A stretch of 64,000 bases of DNA from Candidatus Deferrimicrobiaceae bacterium (GTDB taxonomy: Bacteria; Desulfobacterota; Deferrimicrobia; Deferrimicrobiales; Deferrimicrobiaceae), in the NCBI GenBank assembly GCA_963792415.1, contig CAWBVY010000006.1:384001-448000 (forward strand), read 5' to 3'. The first letter of the stretch is position 1, and each line of letters starts with the position of its first letter. The notes beneath the pieces were generated by a model. The model was not told where the DNA came from. It saw only the letters and a list, made by a program, of their open reading frames with translations, and did not search any database. A program made the position numbers and the translations under genes. This document shows positions 7,939 through 18,212 of the stretch, piece by piece.

Positions 7939-9081
7939 ATGAAAAGAAACGTGCGTCTCCTTGCCGTCATCGCGTGCGCCCTCTTCGCCTTCGTGTTCCT
8001 GGGGGCGGAGAAAGCCGATAAGGGGGCGAAGCCGAAGGGCGAGCCGATCCGGGCGAAGATCGGCGTCATCTCCATCATCACCGGCGCCGGAGCGAGCTAC
8101 GGGGAGGCGATCACGAACGGCTTCAAGCTCGCGTTGGACGAGGTCAACGCCAAGGGCGACGTCAACATCGACCTCAGGATCGAGGATTCCACCGGGAAGG
8201 CGGAACAGGCCCTGTCCGCGGCGCAGAAACTGATCAACTCCGACCAGGTGGTGGCGATCCTCGGCCCGACCCTCTCCACGGAGATGAAGGTCGTGGCTCC
8301 CGAGGCGAACGCCAGCGGCGTGCCGATCATGGGAACGTCCACCACCGCGCAAGGGATCACCCAGATCGGGAAGTTCGTCTTCCGGAACTCGCTGCCCGAG
8401 TCCCAGGCGATCCCGTCGTCCGTCGGAAAGGCGGTGAAGAAGTACAACATCAAGAAGGTCGCGCTCCTCTACGGGAACGACGACGTCTTCACGAAGTCCG
8501 GCTTCGACACGATGAAAGAGGTCGCCGAAAAGCTCAAGCTGAAGATCGCGACGATTGAAACGTTCCAGAAAGGGCAGGCGGACTACAAGGCGCAGTTGAC
8601 CAAGATCGCATCCCTCAAGCCCGACGCGGTTTTCTGCTCCGCCCTCTACAACGAGGGGGGCGTCATCCTCGCGCAGGCGCGGAAGATGGGGCTGAAGGTT
8701 CCGTTCGTCGGCGGGAACGGCTTCAACTCGCCGAAGGTCATCGAGATCGCCCAGGACGCGGCCGAGGGGCTGATCGTGGCCACTCCCTGGTTCGGCGAAA
8801 AGAACGACCCGAAGGTGAGAGCGTTCGTCGCGAAGTACGAGAAGGCGTACGGGAAGAAACCGGACCAGTTCGCGGCCCAGGCGTACGACGCCTTCCACAT
8901 CATGGCGAACGCGCTGAAGGCGGCGGGATCGGCGGACCGCTCGAAGCTGCGCGACGCGCTGGCGGCGACGAGGAATTACAACGGGGTCCTCGGCAACTTC
9001 TCCTTCGACGCGGAGCGCGACGTGGTCATGGCGCCCAACGTCCTGATCGTCAAGGGCGGAAAGTTTACGATCTTCAACTGA
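7939..9081 (+). CDS. branched-chain amino acid ABC transporter substrate-binding protein (LivK/LivJ family)
   Basis: signal peptide, AILGPTLS, FVFRNS, DYKAQLTKI, AAQAYDA; GAGGGG SD before ATG 7939. Confidence 0.92.
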   Translation: MKRNVRLLAVIACALFAFVFLGAEKADKGAKPKGEPIRAKIGVISIITGAGASYGEAITNGFKLALDEVNAKGDVNIDLRIEDSTGKAEQALSAAQKLINSDQVVAILGPTLSTEMKVVAPEANASGVPIMGTSTTAQGITQIGKFVFRNSLPESQAIPSSVGKAVKKYNIKKVALLYGNDDVFTKSGFDTMKEVAEKLKLKIATIETFQKGQADYKAQLTKIASLKPDAVFCSALYNEGGVILAQARKMGLKVPFVGGNGFNSPKVIEIAQDAAEGLIVATPWFGEKNDPKVRAFVAKYEKAYGKKPDQFAAQAYDAFHIMANALKAAGSADRSKLRDALAATRNYNGVLGNFSFDAERDVVMAPNVLIVKGGKFTIFN

Positions 9082-9105
9082 TCCGGGCGCAGCGGCGGAG
9101 GGGGC

Positions 9106-9990
9106 GTGTTCCTCGAGCAACTGATCAACGGCATCACGCTCGGCAGCATCTACGCCATCGTGGCGCTGGGATACACGCTCGTCTTCGGCGTGCTCGGCAT
9201 CATCAACATGGCCCACGGGGAGATCTTCATGTTCGGGGCGTTCGTCGGCCTGCTCATCGTGAGCAAGGCGGGCGCGCCGCTTCCCGTGGCGTTTCTTGGG
9301 GCCATCGTCGTCACCGCGTCCATGGGGCTATTGCTGGAGCGGTTCGCCCTGCGGCCGCTCCGAGGCCGGTCCGGAGCCTCGCATCTGGCCTCCCTCATCA
9401 GCACGATCGGCGTCTCCATCCTTCTGGAGAACCTGGCGCACAAGATCTTCGGATCCGGGAATCACCTGTTCGAAACCCCCTTCGCGGAGATCAGCTTCAA
9501 GATCGGCCCTGTGACGGTCTACCTCGTCCAGGTGCTGATCCTGCTCATCTCCCTTCTCCTCATGGCGGGGCTCACGCTGTGGCTGTCGCGCACGCGCGCG
9601 GGGAAGGCGCTGCGCGCCACGGCGGAGAATCTGCAGACGGCGGGTCTCCTCGGGGTGGACACGAACCGGATGATCACCGCCACGGTCGTCATCGCCTCGG
9701 CGATGGGCGGGGTCGCCGGCGTGCTGGTGGGGATGGCGTTCAACTACATCAACAACCAGATCGGGCTCTCCATGGGGCTCAAGGGGCTCGCGATCATCAT
9801 CTTCGGGGGGATGGGGAGCGTCTACGGCGCCATGGCCGGGGGCTTGATCCTCGGACTCTCCGAAACGTTCGTGGTCGCGTACGGCTCCTCCGGGTACCGG
9901 GACGCGATCGCCTTCGTCGCGATCATCGTCATCCTCCTTATCAGGCCGCAGGGGCTGTTCGGGCAGGCGCCCGCCGAAGCAAGGCGGTAG
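9106..9990 (+). CDS. livH: branched-chain amino acid ABC permease
   Basis: QLINGITLGSIYAIVALGYTLVFG, INMAHGE, GKALRATAEN, LLIRPQGLFG. Confidence 0.94.
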   Translation: MFLEQLINGITLGSIYAIVALGYTLVFGVLGIINMAHGEIFMFGAFVGLLIVSKAGAPLPVAFLGAIVVTASMGLLLERFALRPLRGRSGASHLASLISTIGVSILLENLAHKIFGSGNHLFETPFAEISFKIGPVTVYLVQVLILLISLLLMAGLTLWLSRTRAGKALRATAENLQTAGLLGVDTNRMITATVVIASAMGGVAGVLVGMAFNYINNQIGLSMGLKGLAIIIFGGMGSVYGAMAGGLILGLSETFVVAYGSSGYRDAIAFVAIIVILLIRPQGLFGQAPAEARR

Positions 9991-9993
9991 AGG

Positions 9994-10941
9994 ATGCCGT
10001 TGGAGGGACTGAACCCGTACCACCTGCAGGTGGCGTCGTTCATGCTCATCAACGCCATCCTCGGCGTGAGCATCTACGTCACCCTTTCCACCGGGCAGCT
10101 CTCGCTGGGGAACGCCGGATTCATGGGCATCGGGGCGTACACAGCCGCCCTTCTCTCCACGCAGCACCAGGTCCCGATCCCCGTTGGGATCGTTGCCGGG
10201 AGCTTTCTCGCAGGCGCGGCGGGGATCCTGGTCGGCATTCCGTCCCTGCGGCTTTCCGGCGTCTACCTCGCCATCGCGACGCTCGGGTTCGGGGAGGTTC
10301 TTCGGGCCGTCCTCATCAACTGGGAATCGCTGACCGGCGGCGCGGTGGGGGTCGCGGCGATTCCGCAGATGGGGCGCGTGATCCTCGCCTGGGCGAGCGA
10401 CCGGGGGTTCTCCCCCGGATCGCTGGGGCTGCAGAACAACCAGTTCATCAGCCTGACGGTGTTCCTGATCCTCCTCCTCTGCACCCTCCTGACGGTCGCC
10501 TTCTTCCTGCGCCTCTCCCGTTCCCGGGTCGGCCGCGCGTACGCAGCGATTCGACTGGACGAAAGCGCCGCGGAGGCGGCGGGGATCCCCATCACGTACT
10601 ACAAGGTGCTGGCCTTTTCCCAGGGAGCGCTGCTGGCCGGATTGGCCGGGGCGCTGTTCGCCCACTCGACGTCATTCGTGAGCCCCGCCGACTTCACCTA
10701 CCACCGGGCGGTGGAGATCCTCGTTTTCGCCGTCTTCGGCGGGAGCGAACACATCTTCGGTCCGGTCTTCGGTGCCGCCTTCCTCACCGTCGTCCCGGAA
10801 GCGCTTCGCTCGATCAGCGACTACCGGTACATCCTCTACGGCCTCATGCTCGTGTTGATGATGGTCTTCCGGCCGCAGGGGGTGATCGACCCCGTGCTCC
10901 TGCGACGGTTCCGTCGATCCCGCAAGGGGACGCCCGCGTGA
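9994..10941 (+). CDS. livM: branched-chain amino acid ABC permease
   Basis: GQLSLGNAGFMGIGAY, LRLSGVYLAIATLGFGE, GRAYAAIRLDE, FRPQG. Confidence 0.94.
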   Translation: MPLEGLNPYHLQVASFMLINAILGVSIYVTLSTGQLSLGNAGFMGIGAYTAALLSTQHQVPIPVGIVAGSFLAGAAGILVGIPSLRLSGVYLAIATLGFGEVLRAVLINWESLTGGAVGVAAIPQMGRVILAWASDRGFSPGSLGLQNNQFISLTVFLILLLCTLLTVAFFLRLSRSRVGRAYAAIRLDESAAEAAGIPITYYKVLAFSQGALLAGLAGALFAHSTSFVSPADFTYHRAVEILVFAVFGGSEHIFGPVFGAAFLTVVPEALRSISDYRYILYGLMLVLMMVFRPQGVIDPVLLRRFRRSRKGTPA

Positions 10942-11712
10942 GCAGCCTCCTTTCCCTTCGGAACATCGAAAAAACGTTCGGGGGGCTTTCGGCCCTTTCC
11001 GACATCTCCTTCGACGTCCACCCGGGGGAGATCGTCGGCATCATCGGCCCCAACGGCGCGGGGAAGACGACCCTGTTCAACGTCGTCACCGCCGTCTTCC
11101 CGCCGACAGCGGGGGAGGTCGTGTTCGACGGGGAGCAGGTCCGCGGACTCCCCCCGCACGCAATCGCGAAACGGGGCATCACACGGACGTTCCAGAGCAT
11201 CCGTCTTTTCTCCACCATGACCGTCGAGGAAAACGTCATGGTCGGGAGGCATTGCCGCACCGGAGCCGGCATCTGGCGCGGCGTGCTTCGCACCCGGGGG
11301 GAGCGGCGGGAGGAGCAGGGGATCCGCGCGAAAACGCGGGAACTGCTCGATCTCGTCGGTCTTTCCGGGGCCGACCGGGAGAGAGCCGCCGGGAGCCTCC
11401 CTTACGGCCACCAGCGCAGGCTCGAGATCGCCCGGGCGCTTGCGGCGGAACCGCGCCTGCTCCTGCTCGACGAACCGGTGGCGGGGATGAACGACGCGGA
11501 GACGCAGGAGGTGTTCGGCCTCATCAAGCGGGTGCAGTCGCTCGGGGTGACGATCCTGCTGATCGAGCACGACATGTCGCTGGTGATGAAGGCGTGCGAC
11601 CGGCTGGTGGTGTTCAACTTCGGCCGGAAGATCGCGGAAGGGACGCCGGTGGAGATCCGGGACGACCCGCAGGTGATCGAGGCGTACCTCGGCGCAGCGG
11701 AAAGGAACGCCG

Positions 11713-11720
<8 letters not shown>
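10938..11720 (+). CDS. livG: branched-chain amino acid ABC ATPase
   Basis: GIIGPNGAGKTT, GITRTFQ, LPYGHQRRLEIARALA, LLLDEP, IEHDM, VIEAYLG; GTGA overlap with livM. Confidence 0.95.
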
Positions 11721-12391
<671 letters not shown>

Positions 12392-12420
<29 letters not shown>

Positions 12421-13722
12421 CTTCCGCCTCCGCTTTCGCGACGTCCACGCGCAGCAGCAGGGCGAGCCCCGAGATGAAGAAGACCGCCAGCGAGAGGATC
12501 GCGACCCGGTAGCTCCCCGTGAACTGCAGCGCCAGCCCGAAAAAGAGGGGCCCCAGCCAGCTCGTACCCCGCTCGCTCACCTCGTACAGCGAGAAGTACT
12601 CCGCCTCCCGCCCGAGCGGGATCATCCGCGAGAACAGGGAGCGGGAAAGGGCCTGGCTCCCGCCGAGGACGACGGCCACGCATGCCGCCATCGCGTAGAA
12701 CCCGGTCGCATCCCGAAGCCCGGCGTAGGCGTAGACGAGCGTCCCCGTCCACAGGACGAGACTGGCCGCGACCGCCGCCTTCGCCCCCACCCGCTTCGCG
12801 AACGCGTTGAAGAGAAGCGCCCCGAAGAAGGCGACGAACTGGACCATGAGGATCGCCGTGGTAAGCGTCGAAACGGAGAGACCCAGTTCCTCCTGTCCGA
12901 ACTGGGACGAGAGGGCGATCACCGTCTGTATCCCGTCGTTGTACAGGAGGTAGGCGCCGAGGAACAGCAGGAGCTGGGGGTGGCCCTTCGCCTCGGCGAA
13001 CGTGCGCCGCAGCTGGCGAAATCCGGTGCCCAGGAACCCCTCCCCCGGCGGAAGCGGCCGCGCCGCCCCCCGGCCGCGCATCGTGGCGAGCGGCACGAGG
13101 GAGAAGAGGGCCCACCACGCCCCGGCCGAGGCGAGGCTGATCCGGACCGCCTCGCCGACCGTAAGGCCGAAGTCGCGCGCGCGGGAAAAAAGGACCAGAT
13201 TCAGGAGAAGGAGGGTGCCGCCCCCGAGGTACCCGAGCGCCCACCCCACGGAGGAGACGGAATCGCGGTTCTCCGGACCCGCGATCTCCGGAAGCCAGGC
13301 GTTGTAGAAGACCACCGAGGCCCCGAAGCAGACGTTGGCCACCAGGAAGAGCCCCCCACCCAGCAGGTACCGCGTCCCTTCGAGGAAATAGAGCCCCACC
13401 GTCGCGGCGGATCCCGCGTAGGCGAAGAGGAACAGCATCGATTTTTTCCGGCGGGAGTAGTCGGCGATCGCCCCCAGCAACGGCAGGAGAAGCACCTGGA
13501 AGAAGACGGAAAGGGAGACGACGTACGGGAAGAACGACCCGGCGAGCACGGGGATGCCGAGGGGATGGACGTACCCCGCGGGATCGGCGGCGGCGCGGGC
13601 GATGGAGGTCAGGTACGGCCCCGTGAACACCGTGACCACCGTCGTGGTGAAGGCGGAGTTCGCGAAATCGTAAAAGTACCAGCCGATCCGCTCGGGCCGG
13701 CCTTCCCGGACAGCGCCGTCAT
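12392..13722 (-). CDS. MFS transporter, UMF1/ATG22 family; start ambiguous, probable 1-nt frameshift near 5' end
   Basis: GWYFYDFANSAF, LGAIAD, VFYNAWLPEI, GWALGYLGG, YNDGIQTVI, GGSQALSRSLF; the SD-supported ATG at 13722 is out of frame with the body; overlaps livF convergently by 29 nt. Confidence 0.85.
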
Positions 13723-13802
13723 CTCCCCTCCCGCAGCCCCATTCTGCCACAATCAACCGGACGGTAACGTATCGTGAAGACAGCACGGAAGACGTACGTA
13801 AC

Positions 13803-13935
13803 GGGAGAGTCCGGCGGAGTCGCCGGAGGAGGGGGGGCGCAGTGAGGTAAAGCGCAGCCGTGCAGGTTCACCGCACGGCGAGCCACGAACGGAGCCCCGC
13901 CCTCCGGAGGCGACGCAGCCGAAGAGAGTCCCGGA
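13803..13935. repeat. bulged long-hairpin intergenic element
   Basis: nested inverted repeats GTCGCC/GGCGAC, CCGGAGG/CCTCCGG, GCCGTGC/GCACGGC; shares words with 58098-58230. Confidence 0.55.
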
Positions 13936-13958
13936 GGCGCCCCGGTACGGGCGGAAGG

Positions 13959-13995
13959 AAAGCCCCGGCGCTTCGCGAAGCGACCGGGGGCTTTT
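13959..13995. terminator. intrinsic terminator-like hairpin downstream of tRNA-Gly, possibly bidirectional
   Basis: AAAGCCCCGG-CGCTTCGCGAAGCG-ACCGGGGGCTTTT. Confidence 0.6.
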
Positions 13996-14004
13996 GGGTT
14001 CCGA

Positions 14005-14079
14005 TGGAGCGGGCGACGAGATTTGAACTCGCGACTTCGACCTTGGCAAGGTCGCACTCTACCACTGAGTTACGCCCGC
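14005..14079 (-). tRNA. tRNA-Gly (GCC)
   Basis: reverse complement GCGGGCGTAACTCAGTGGTAGAGTGCGACCTTGCCAAGGTCGAAGTCGCGAGTTCAAATCTCGTCGCCCGCTCCA. Confidence 0.97.
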
Positions 14080-14092
14080 GCAACGAACGTCG

Positions 14093-14122
14093 ATTTTAGG
14101 CGATCCCAGCGCGACTTGTCAA
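14093..14122 (-). promoter_or_regulatory. sigma70 promoter of tRNA-Gly
   Basis: TTGACA-18 nt-TAAAAT on the minus strand. Confidence 0.7.
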
Positions 14123-14136
14123 GAAAAGCCGCCGGA

Positions 14137-14709
14137 CTACCGCTTGAAGATCTCCCCCACGAACCGCAGGAAATAGTCGAGCCCGGACCACGCGGTGAGG
14201 ACCAGTCCGGCGCTCAGGAACACCATCCCGAAAGTGTGGACCGGGATCCCGAGGATCGGGTAATGGAGGATGAGGGCCGCGACCCCGATATTCAGGAGCA
14301 AGGTTTTCGCCTTTCCCAATTTCGAGGCGGCGATGATCACCCCTTCCGAGGAGGCCACCCCGCGCAGCGCCGTGACGCCGATCTCCCGGGCGACCACGAT
14401 AACCGCCATCCACGCCGGCACCCGGTCCGGCTCGATGAGCATGATCATCACGGCGCACACGAGCAATTTGTCGGCCAGCGGGTCGAGAAGTTTCCCGAGC
14501 GTGGTGACCATTTGGTAGCGCCGCGCGATGTAGCCGTCGAAGAGGTCGGTGAGCGTGGCGGCGACGAACAGCGAGAACGCGGCCACCGAACGCCCGAAGG
14601 AGATCTCCCTGCCCTCGGGCGTGAGAAGGATGAGGACCACCACCGGGATCGCCAGGATCCGCAGCAGCGTCAGGATGTTGGGTGCGCTCAGGCGGGAGTC
14701 GCTGGTCAT
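14137..14709 (-). CDS. pgsA: CDP-diacylglycerol--glycerol-3-phosphate 3-phosphatidyltransferase
   Basis: PNILTLLRI, TDLFDGYIARR, GKLLDPLADKLLV, GKAKT; ATGA overlap with upstream gene. Confidence 0.96.
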   Translation of the reverse strand: MTSDSRLSAPNILTLLRILAIPVVVLILLTPEGREISFGRSVAAFSLFVAATLTDLFDGYIARRYQMVTTLGKLLDPLADKLLVCAVMIMLIEPDRVPAWMAVIVVAREIGVTALRGVASSEGVIIAASKLGKAKTLLLNIGVAALILHYPILGIPVHTFGMVFLSAGLVLTAWSGLDYFLRFVGEIFKR

Positions 14710-15293
14710 TCGGCGGCGGAGTATTGCCGGTACAGGTCCATCACACGGCGAACGTAGAGGCGGGTCTCCTTGTAGGGAGGGACGCCGCCGTATTTTCTGA
14801 CCGCCCCCGGCCCGGCGTTGTACGCCGCGACCGTGTTGACGAGATCCCCCTCGAAGGAGACGAGGAGTTCCTTGATGTACCGGATCCCGCCCTCGATGTT
14901 CTCGATGGGGTCGAACGGGTCGGCGACCCGCATCCGCTTCGACGTGAACGGCATGAGCTGCATCACTCCCCTGGCGCCCTTGGGGGAGACGGCCTTGCGC
15001 TGCCCGTTCGATTCCGCCTTGATGATGGCGTGGACGAGCGCGGGGGGAAGATCGTTCGCCCGGGAGACACGGTCGACGTACCCGGTCACCCAACTTTCGG
15101 TCGGGAGCGAAGGGGCATGCGCCCGGGTGCCGGCTTTCGGCCCCTCCCGAAGATAGAGCGTGAACTTCGCGTCCGGCTGGGTGTTCGAGTAGTGGATGAC
15201 GCCGTCCGCGTCCACGTACCGGTAGATGTCCGCGCCGGAAACGACCGGCCAGAGGAGGAAAGAAAGGATGAAAACTCGCGATAATTGAACCAT
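14706..15293 (-). CDS. lytic transglycosylase (SLT domain) with N-terminal DUF4124-like segment
   Basis: signal peptide, IYRYVDADGVIHYSN, AIIKAES, SPKGARGVMQLMP, AAYNAG, PPYKETRLYV. Confidence 0.92.
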   Translation of the reverse strand: MVQLSRVFILSFLLWPVVSGADIYRYVDADGVIHYSNTQPDAKFTLYLREGPKAGTRAHAPSLPTESWVTGYVDRVSRANDLPPALVHAIIKAESNGQRKAVSPKGARGVMQLMPFTSKRMRVADPFDPIENIEGGIRYIKELLVSFEGDLVNTVAAYNAGPGAVRKYGGVPPYKETRLYVRRVMDLYRQYSAAE

Positions 15294-15301
15294 AATTTAT
15301 C

Positions 15302-15331
15302 ATTCTATGAACAGGACCCCGCCGAAGTCAA
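15302..15331 (-). promoter_or_regulatory. sigma70 promoter of slt-pgsA, candidate leaderless
   Basis: TTGACT-18 nt-TAGAAT ending 8 nt before ATG 15293; no SD. Confidence 0.6.
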
Positions 15332-15362
15332 ACAACGGGATCCCGCATACGGGGGAGACGTG

Positions 15363-16970
15363 ATGGGGAAGATGTCGAAATTCCTGGTCATCGGCAGCGG
15401 AATCGCCGGATTGAGCTTCGCGCTCCGGGCGGCGAAGAGAGGCGGGGTCACCATCATCACCAAGAAGGAGGCGTCCGAGTCCAGCACAAACTACGCGCAG
15501 GGCGGGATCGCCACCGTCTGGAGCAACCAGGACACCTTCGAGTCCCACATCGAGGATACCCACAAGGCGGGGGCGGGGCTTTGCCACGCCGACGCGGTCG
15601 ACTTCGTGGTGCGTGACGCCCCGGCGCGGATCCGCGAGTTGATCGGGTGGGGGGTCGAGTTCACCCGGCAGACCGGAAAGAAGGAGTACGACCTGCATCG
15701 CGAGGGGGGACACTCGGCACGGAGGATCTTCCACGCGAAGGACCTGACGGGGCGCGAGGTGGAACGGGCGCTCCTCGTCCGCGCCCGGGAGAACCCCCGG
15801 ATCCGGATCTACGAGAACCACGCGGCGATCAACCTCATCACGCGGCAGAAGCTCTCCTCCTTCGACGACCCGGGCGTCGACGAGGTGCTCGGCGCCTACG
15901 TGCTGGACCGGACGACCGGCGAGATCCACACCTTCGTGGCGGACGTGACGGTCCTCGCCACCGGGGGTTCGGGGAAGGTGTACCTGTACACGAGCAACCC
16001 CGACGTCGCCACGGGAGACGGGGTCGCGCTGGCGTACCGCGCGGGGGCGACGGTGGCCAACATGGAATTCGTGCAGTTCCACCCCACCTGCCTCTACCAC
16101 CCGCTCGCCAAGTCGTTCCTCATCTCCGAGGCGGTCCGCGGCGAGGGGGCGATCCTCATGAACCGCGCCGGGATCCGGTTCATGGAGGACGCCCACCCGA
16201 TGAAGGAGCTCGCGCCGAGGGACATCGTCGCGCGGGCGATCGACGCGGAGATGAAGCGCACCGGGGAGGATTGCGTCTATCTCGACATCCGGTCCAAGGG
16301 GGCGGCGTTCATCAGGAAGCACTTCCCGAACATCCACGAGACGTGCCTCTCGTTCGGCATCGACATGACGAAGGATCCGATCCCTGTGGTCCCGGCGGCG
16401 CACTACCAGTGCGGCGGCGTGCGGACGAACCTTCACGGGGAGACGGACATCCAGCGGCTCTTCGCCCTGGGCGAGTGCGCGGGCACGGGGCTCCACGGCG
16501 CGAACCGTCTCGCCTCGAACTCCCTGATCGAGGCGCTGGTCTTCTCCCACAGCGCCGTCGAGCGCGCCTCGACCGCGTACATCGGGAAGTCGAAGCCCCG
16601 GATCGACATCCCCAAGTGGGACCCGGGCAAGGCGCAGGAACCGGACGAGGGGGTCGTCGTCTCCCACAACTGGGAGGAGATCCGCCGGACGATGTGGAAC
16701 TACGTGGGGATCGTCCGGTCGAACAAGCGGCTGTCGCGCGCGCTCGACCGGATCGAGCTGCTGAAGCGGGAGATCTCGGAGTATTACTGGAACTTCAAGG
16801 TGACGGGGGACCTGCTCGAGCTGCGCAACATCTGCACGGTGGCGGAGCTGATCGTCCGGTGCGCCATGCAGCGCAAGGAGAGCCGGGGGCTCCACACGAC
16901 GATCGACTACCCGTACCTGGACGACGAGCACGGGCGCCAGGACACGCTGGTCCGCCGCACCCGTTTTTAG
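15363..16970 (+). CDS. nadB: L-aspartate oxidase
   Basis: VIGSGIAGL, YAQGGIA, REGGHS, QFHPT, LISEAVRGEG, ELAPRDIVAR, GLHGANRLASNSL, ESRGLH. Confidence 0.97.
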   Translation: MGKMSKFLVIGSGIAGLSFALRAAKRGGVTIITKKEASESSTNYAQGGIATVWSNQDTFESHIEDTHKAGAGLCHADAVDFVVRDAPARIRELIGWGVEFTRQTGKKEYDLHREGGHSARRIFHAKDLTGREVERALLVRARENPRIRIYENHAAINLITRQKLSSFDDPGVDEVLGAYVLDRTTGEIHTFVADVTVLATGGSGKVYLYTSNPDVATGDGVALAYRAGATVANMEFVQFHPTCLYHPLAKSFLISEAVRGEGAILMNRAGIRFMEDAHPMKELAPRDIVARAIDAEMKRTGEDCVYLDIRSKGAAFIRKHFPNIHETCLSFGIDMTKDPIPVVPAAHYQCGGVRTNLHGETDIQRLFALGECAGTGLHGANRLASNSLIEALVFSHSAVERASTAYIGKSKPRIDIPKWDPGKAQEPDEGVVVSHNWEEIRRTMWNYVGIVRSNKRLSRALDRIELLKREISEYYWNFKVTGDLLELRNICTVAELIVRCAMQRKESRGLHTTIDYPYLDDEHGRQDTLVRRTRF

Positions 16971-16983
16971 GCCTCCTCCGGCC

Positions 16984-17613
16984 CTATTGCCAGGCGAGTA
17001 CGGCGCGCCCCTCGACGCCCGACAGGACCAGTTTCAGGCGCGGCGACCCGGCCCGCGGGGATATCGCGGGTTCACCCGCTTCCAGCGGAAACGCCACCTC
17101 GTACGCGCGGTACCACGTCCCGGAGTACGGGAAGAAACGGGAGATCTCTTCCGGGCGCAGGGCCGACTTCCGGATGTAGACAGGCTCGAAGTCCTTCTCG
17201 TCCGCCCTCACCAGCCGCAGGCTCCAGAGCGTCCCGGGGTTCTCCAGGTCGTTCCCCTTCTCGTCCGGCACGTAGAGAGCGACGAAGAAGCGGACGTACT
17301 TCTCCGATTCCCCGCGCCAACCGGAGATCACCCGCTCCCGCCGCGCCGGGTCGAGGTAGTAGATGTTGGAATACTCTTCCGCGAATGCGGAGACCCACGA
17401 TCCCGAGAGCCAGGTGGCGGAAAGGATGAACCGGGTGTCGAGCCCGTCGTGGACCTCGCGGGTCCGGGTCGCGGACTCCGTGATCCGCGCATAGGAGGGG
17501 GATCCCATCACCTTCTCATAGAGGGAGACCGACCGCGGACCGCAGCCGGCGGCGACCGCCACGAGGGCCAGGAGTGAAGCAGCCCATGACACGCGCCGGG
17601 CGGAGTCAGCCAT
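16984..17613 (-). CDS. hypothetical lipoprotein
   Basis: hydrophobic signal ending in lipobox AAGC; overlaps pyrE stop; protein-like composition. Confidence 0.75.
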   Translation of the reverse strand: MADSARRVSWAASLLALVAVAAGCGPRSVSLYEKVMGSPSYARITESATRTREVHDGLDTRFILSATWLSGSWVSAFAEEYSNIYYLDPARRERVISGWRGESEKYVRFFVALYVPDEKGNDLENPGTLWSLRLVRADEKDFEPVYIRKSALRPEEISRFFPYSGTWYRAYEVAFPLEAGEPAISPRAGSPRLKLVLSGVEGRAVLAWQ

Positions 17614-18202
17614 TTTCCACGTCCTCCTTGAGGAACATCGGCTCGACGCGGTACCCGGCCGCCGCCACCGCCTCCGAACCACCCTCGTTCCGGTCGACGA
17701 GGCAAAGGACCCTCGCCACGACCAGTCCCGATCCGACCGTGCGCTCGATGGCCCGCATCGTCGAAGCGCCGGTGGTCACAACGTCCTCGAGGATCGCCAC
17801 CCGCATCCCGGGACGGAGGTTCTTCGTCCCCTCGATCCACTGCTCCGTCCCGTGCTTCTTCGGCTCCTTGCGGATGATGAACGCGGGCACCGGCCATCCC
17901 CGCTGGGAGCTGGTGATGGAGACGGCGGTCACGATCGGGTCCGCCCCGAGGGTGATCCCCCCCACCGCCTCCGGACGCTCCCCCGCCTCGAGCATCGCGC
18001 AGAAGAGCCGTCCCGTGAGGACCGCCCCCTCCGCGTCGAGCGTGGTCTGCCTGCAGTCGATGTAGAAGTCGGATTCCCGCCCCGAGGAAAGGACGACCTT
18101 GCGGCGCTCGTAGCTTTTCTCCCTCAGGAGCGCCAGGAAACGCCGCCGGTCGGCGGTCATCTCCGGCGGGAACACGGCGGATCGACCGGTCTCGCTGGGC
18201 AT
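17606..18202 (-). CDS. pyrE: orotate phosphoribosyltransferase
   Basis: LSSGRESDFYID, GGITLGADP, RKEPKKHG, ILEDVVTTGAS. Confidence 0.96.
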   Translation of the reverse strand: MPSETGRSAVFPPEMTADRRRFLALLREKSYERRKVVLSSGRESDFYIDCRQTTLDAEGAVLTGRLFCAMLEAGERPEAVGGITLGADPIVTAVSITSSQRGWPVPAFIIRKEPKKHGTEQWIEGTKNLRPGMRVAILEDVVTTGASTMRAIERTVGSGLVVARVLCLVDRNEGGSEAVAAAGYRVEPMFLKEDVENG

Positions 18203-18212
18203 CGTTCCCTCC

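Noticed and set aside
13800-13835. Glycine-riboswitch-like start (CGGGAGAG...CGCCGGAGGAG)
   Set aside because: No downstream CTCTCAGG motif, and no plus-strand gene follows it.
13753-14083. Small ORFs spanning tRNA-Gly and the hairpin element (likewise 58094-58315 and ORFs over tRNA-Cys/Leu)
   Set aside because: They overlap tRNAs or palindromes and lack coding-like composition.
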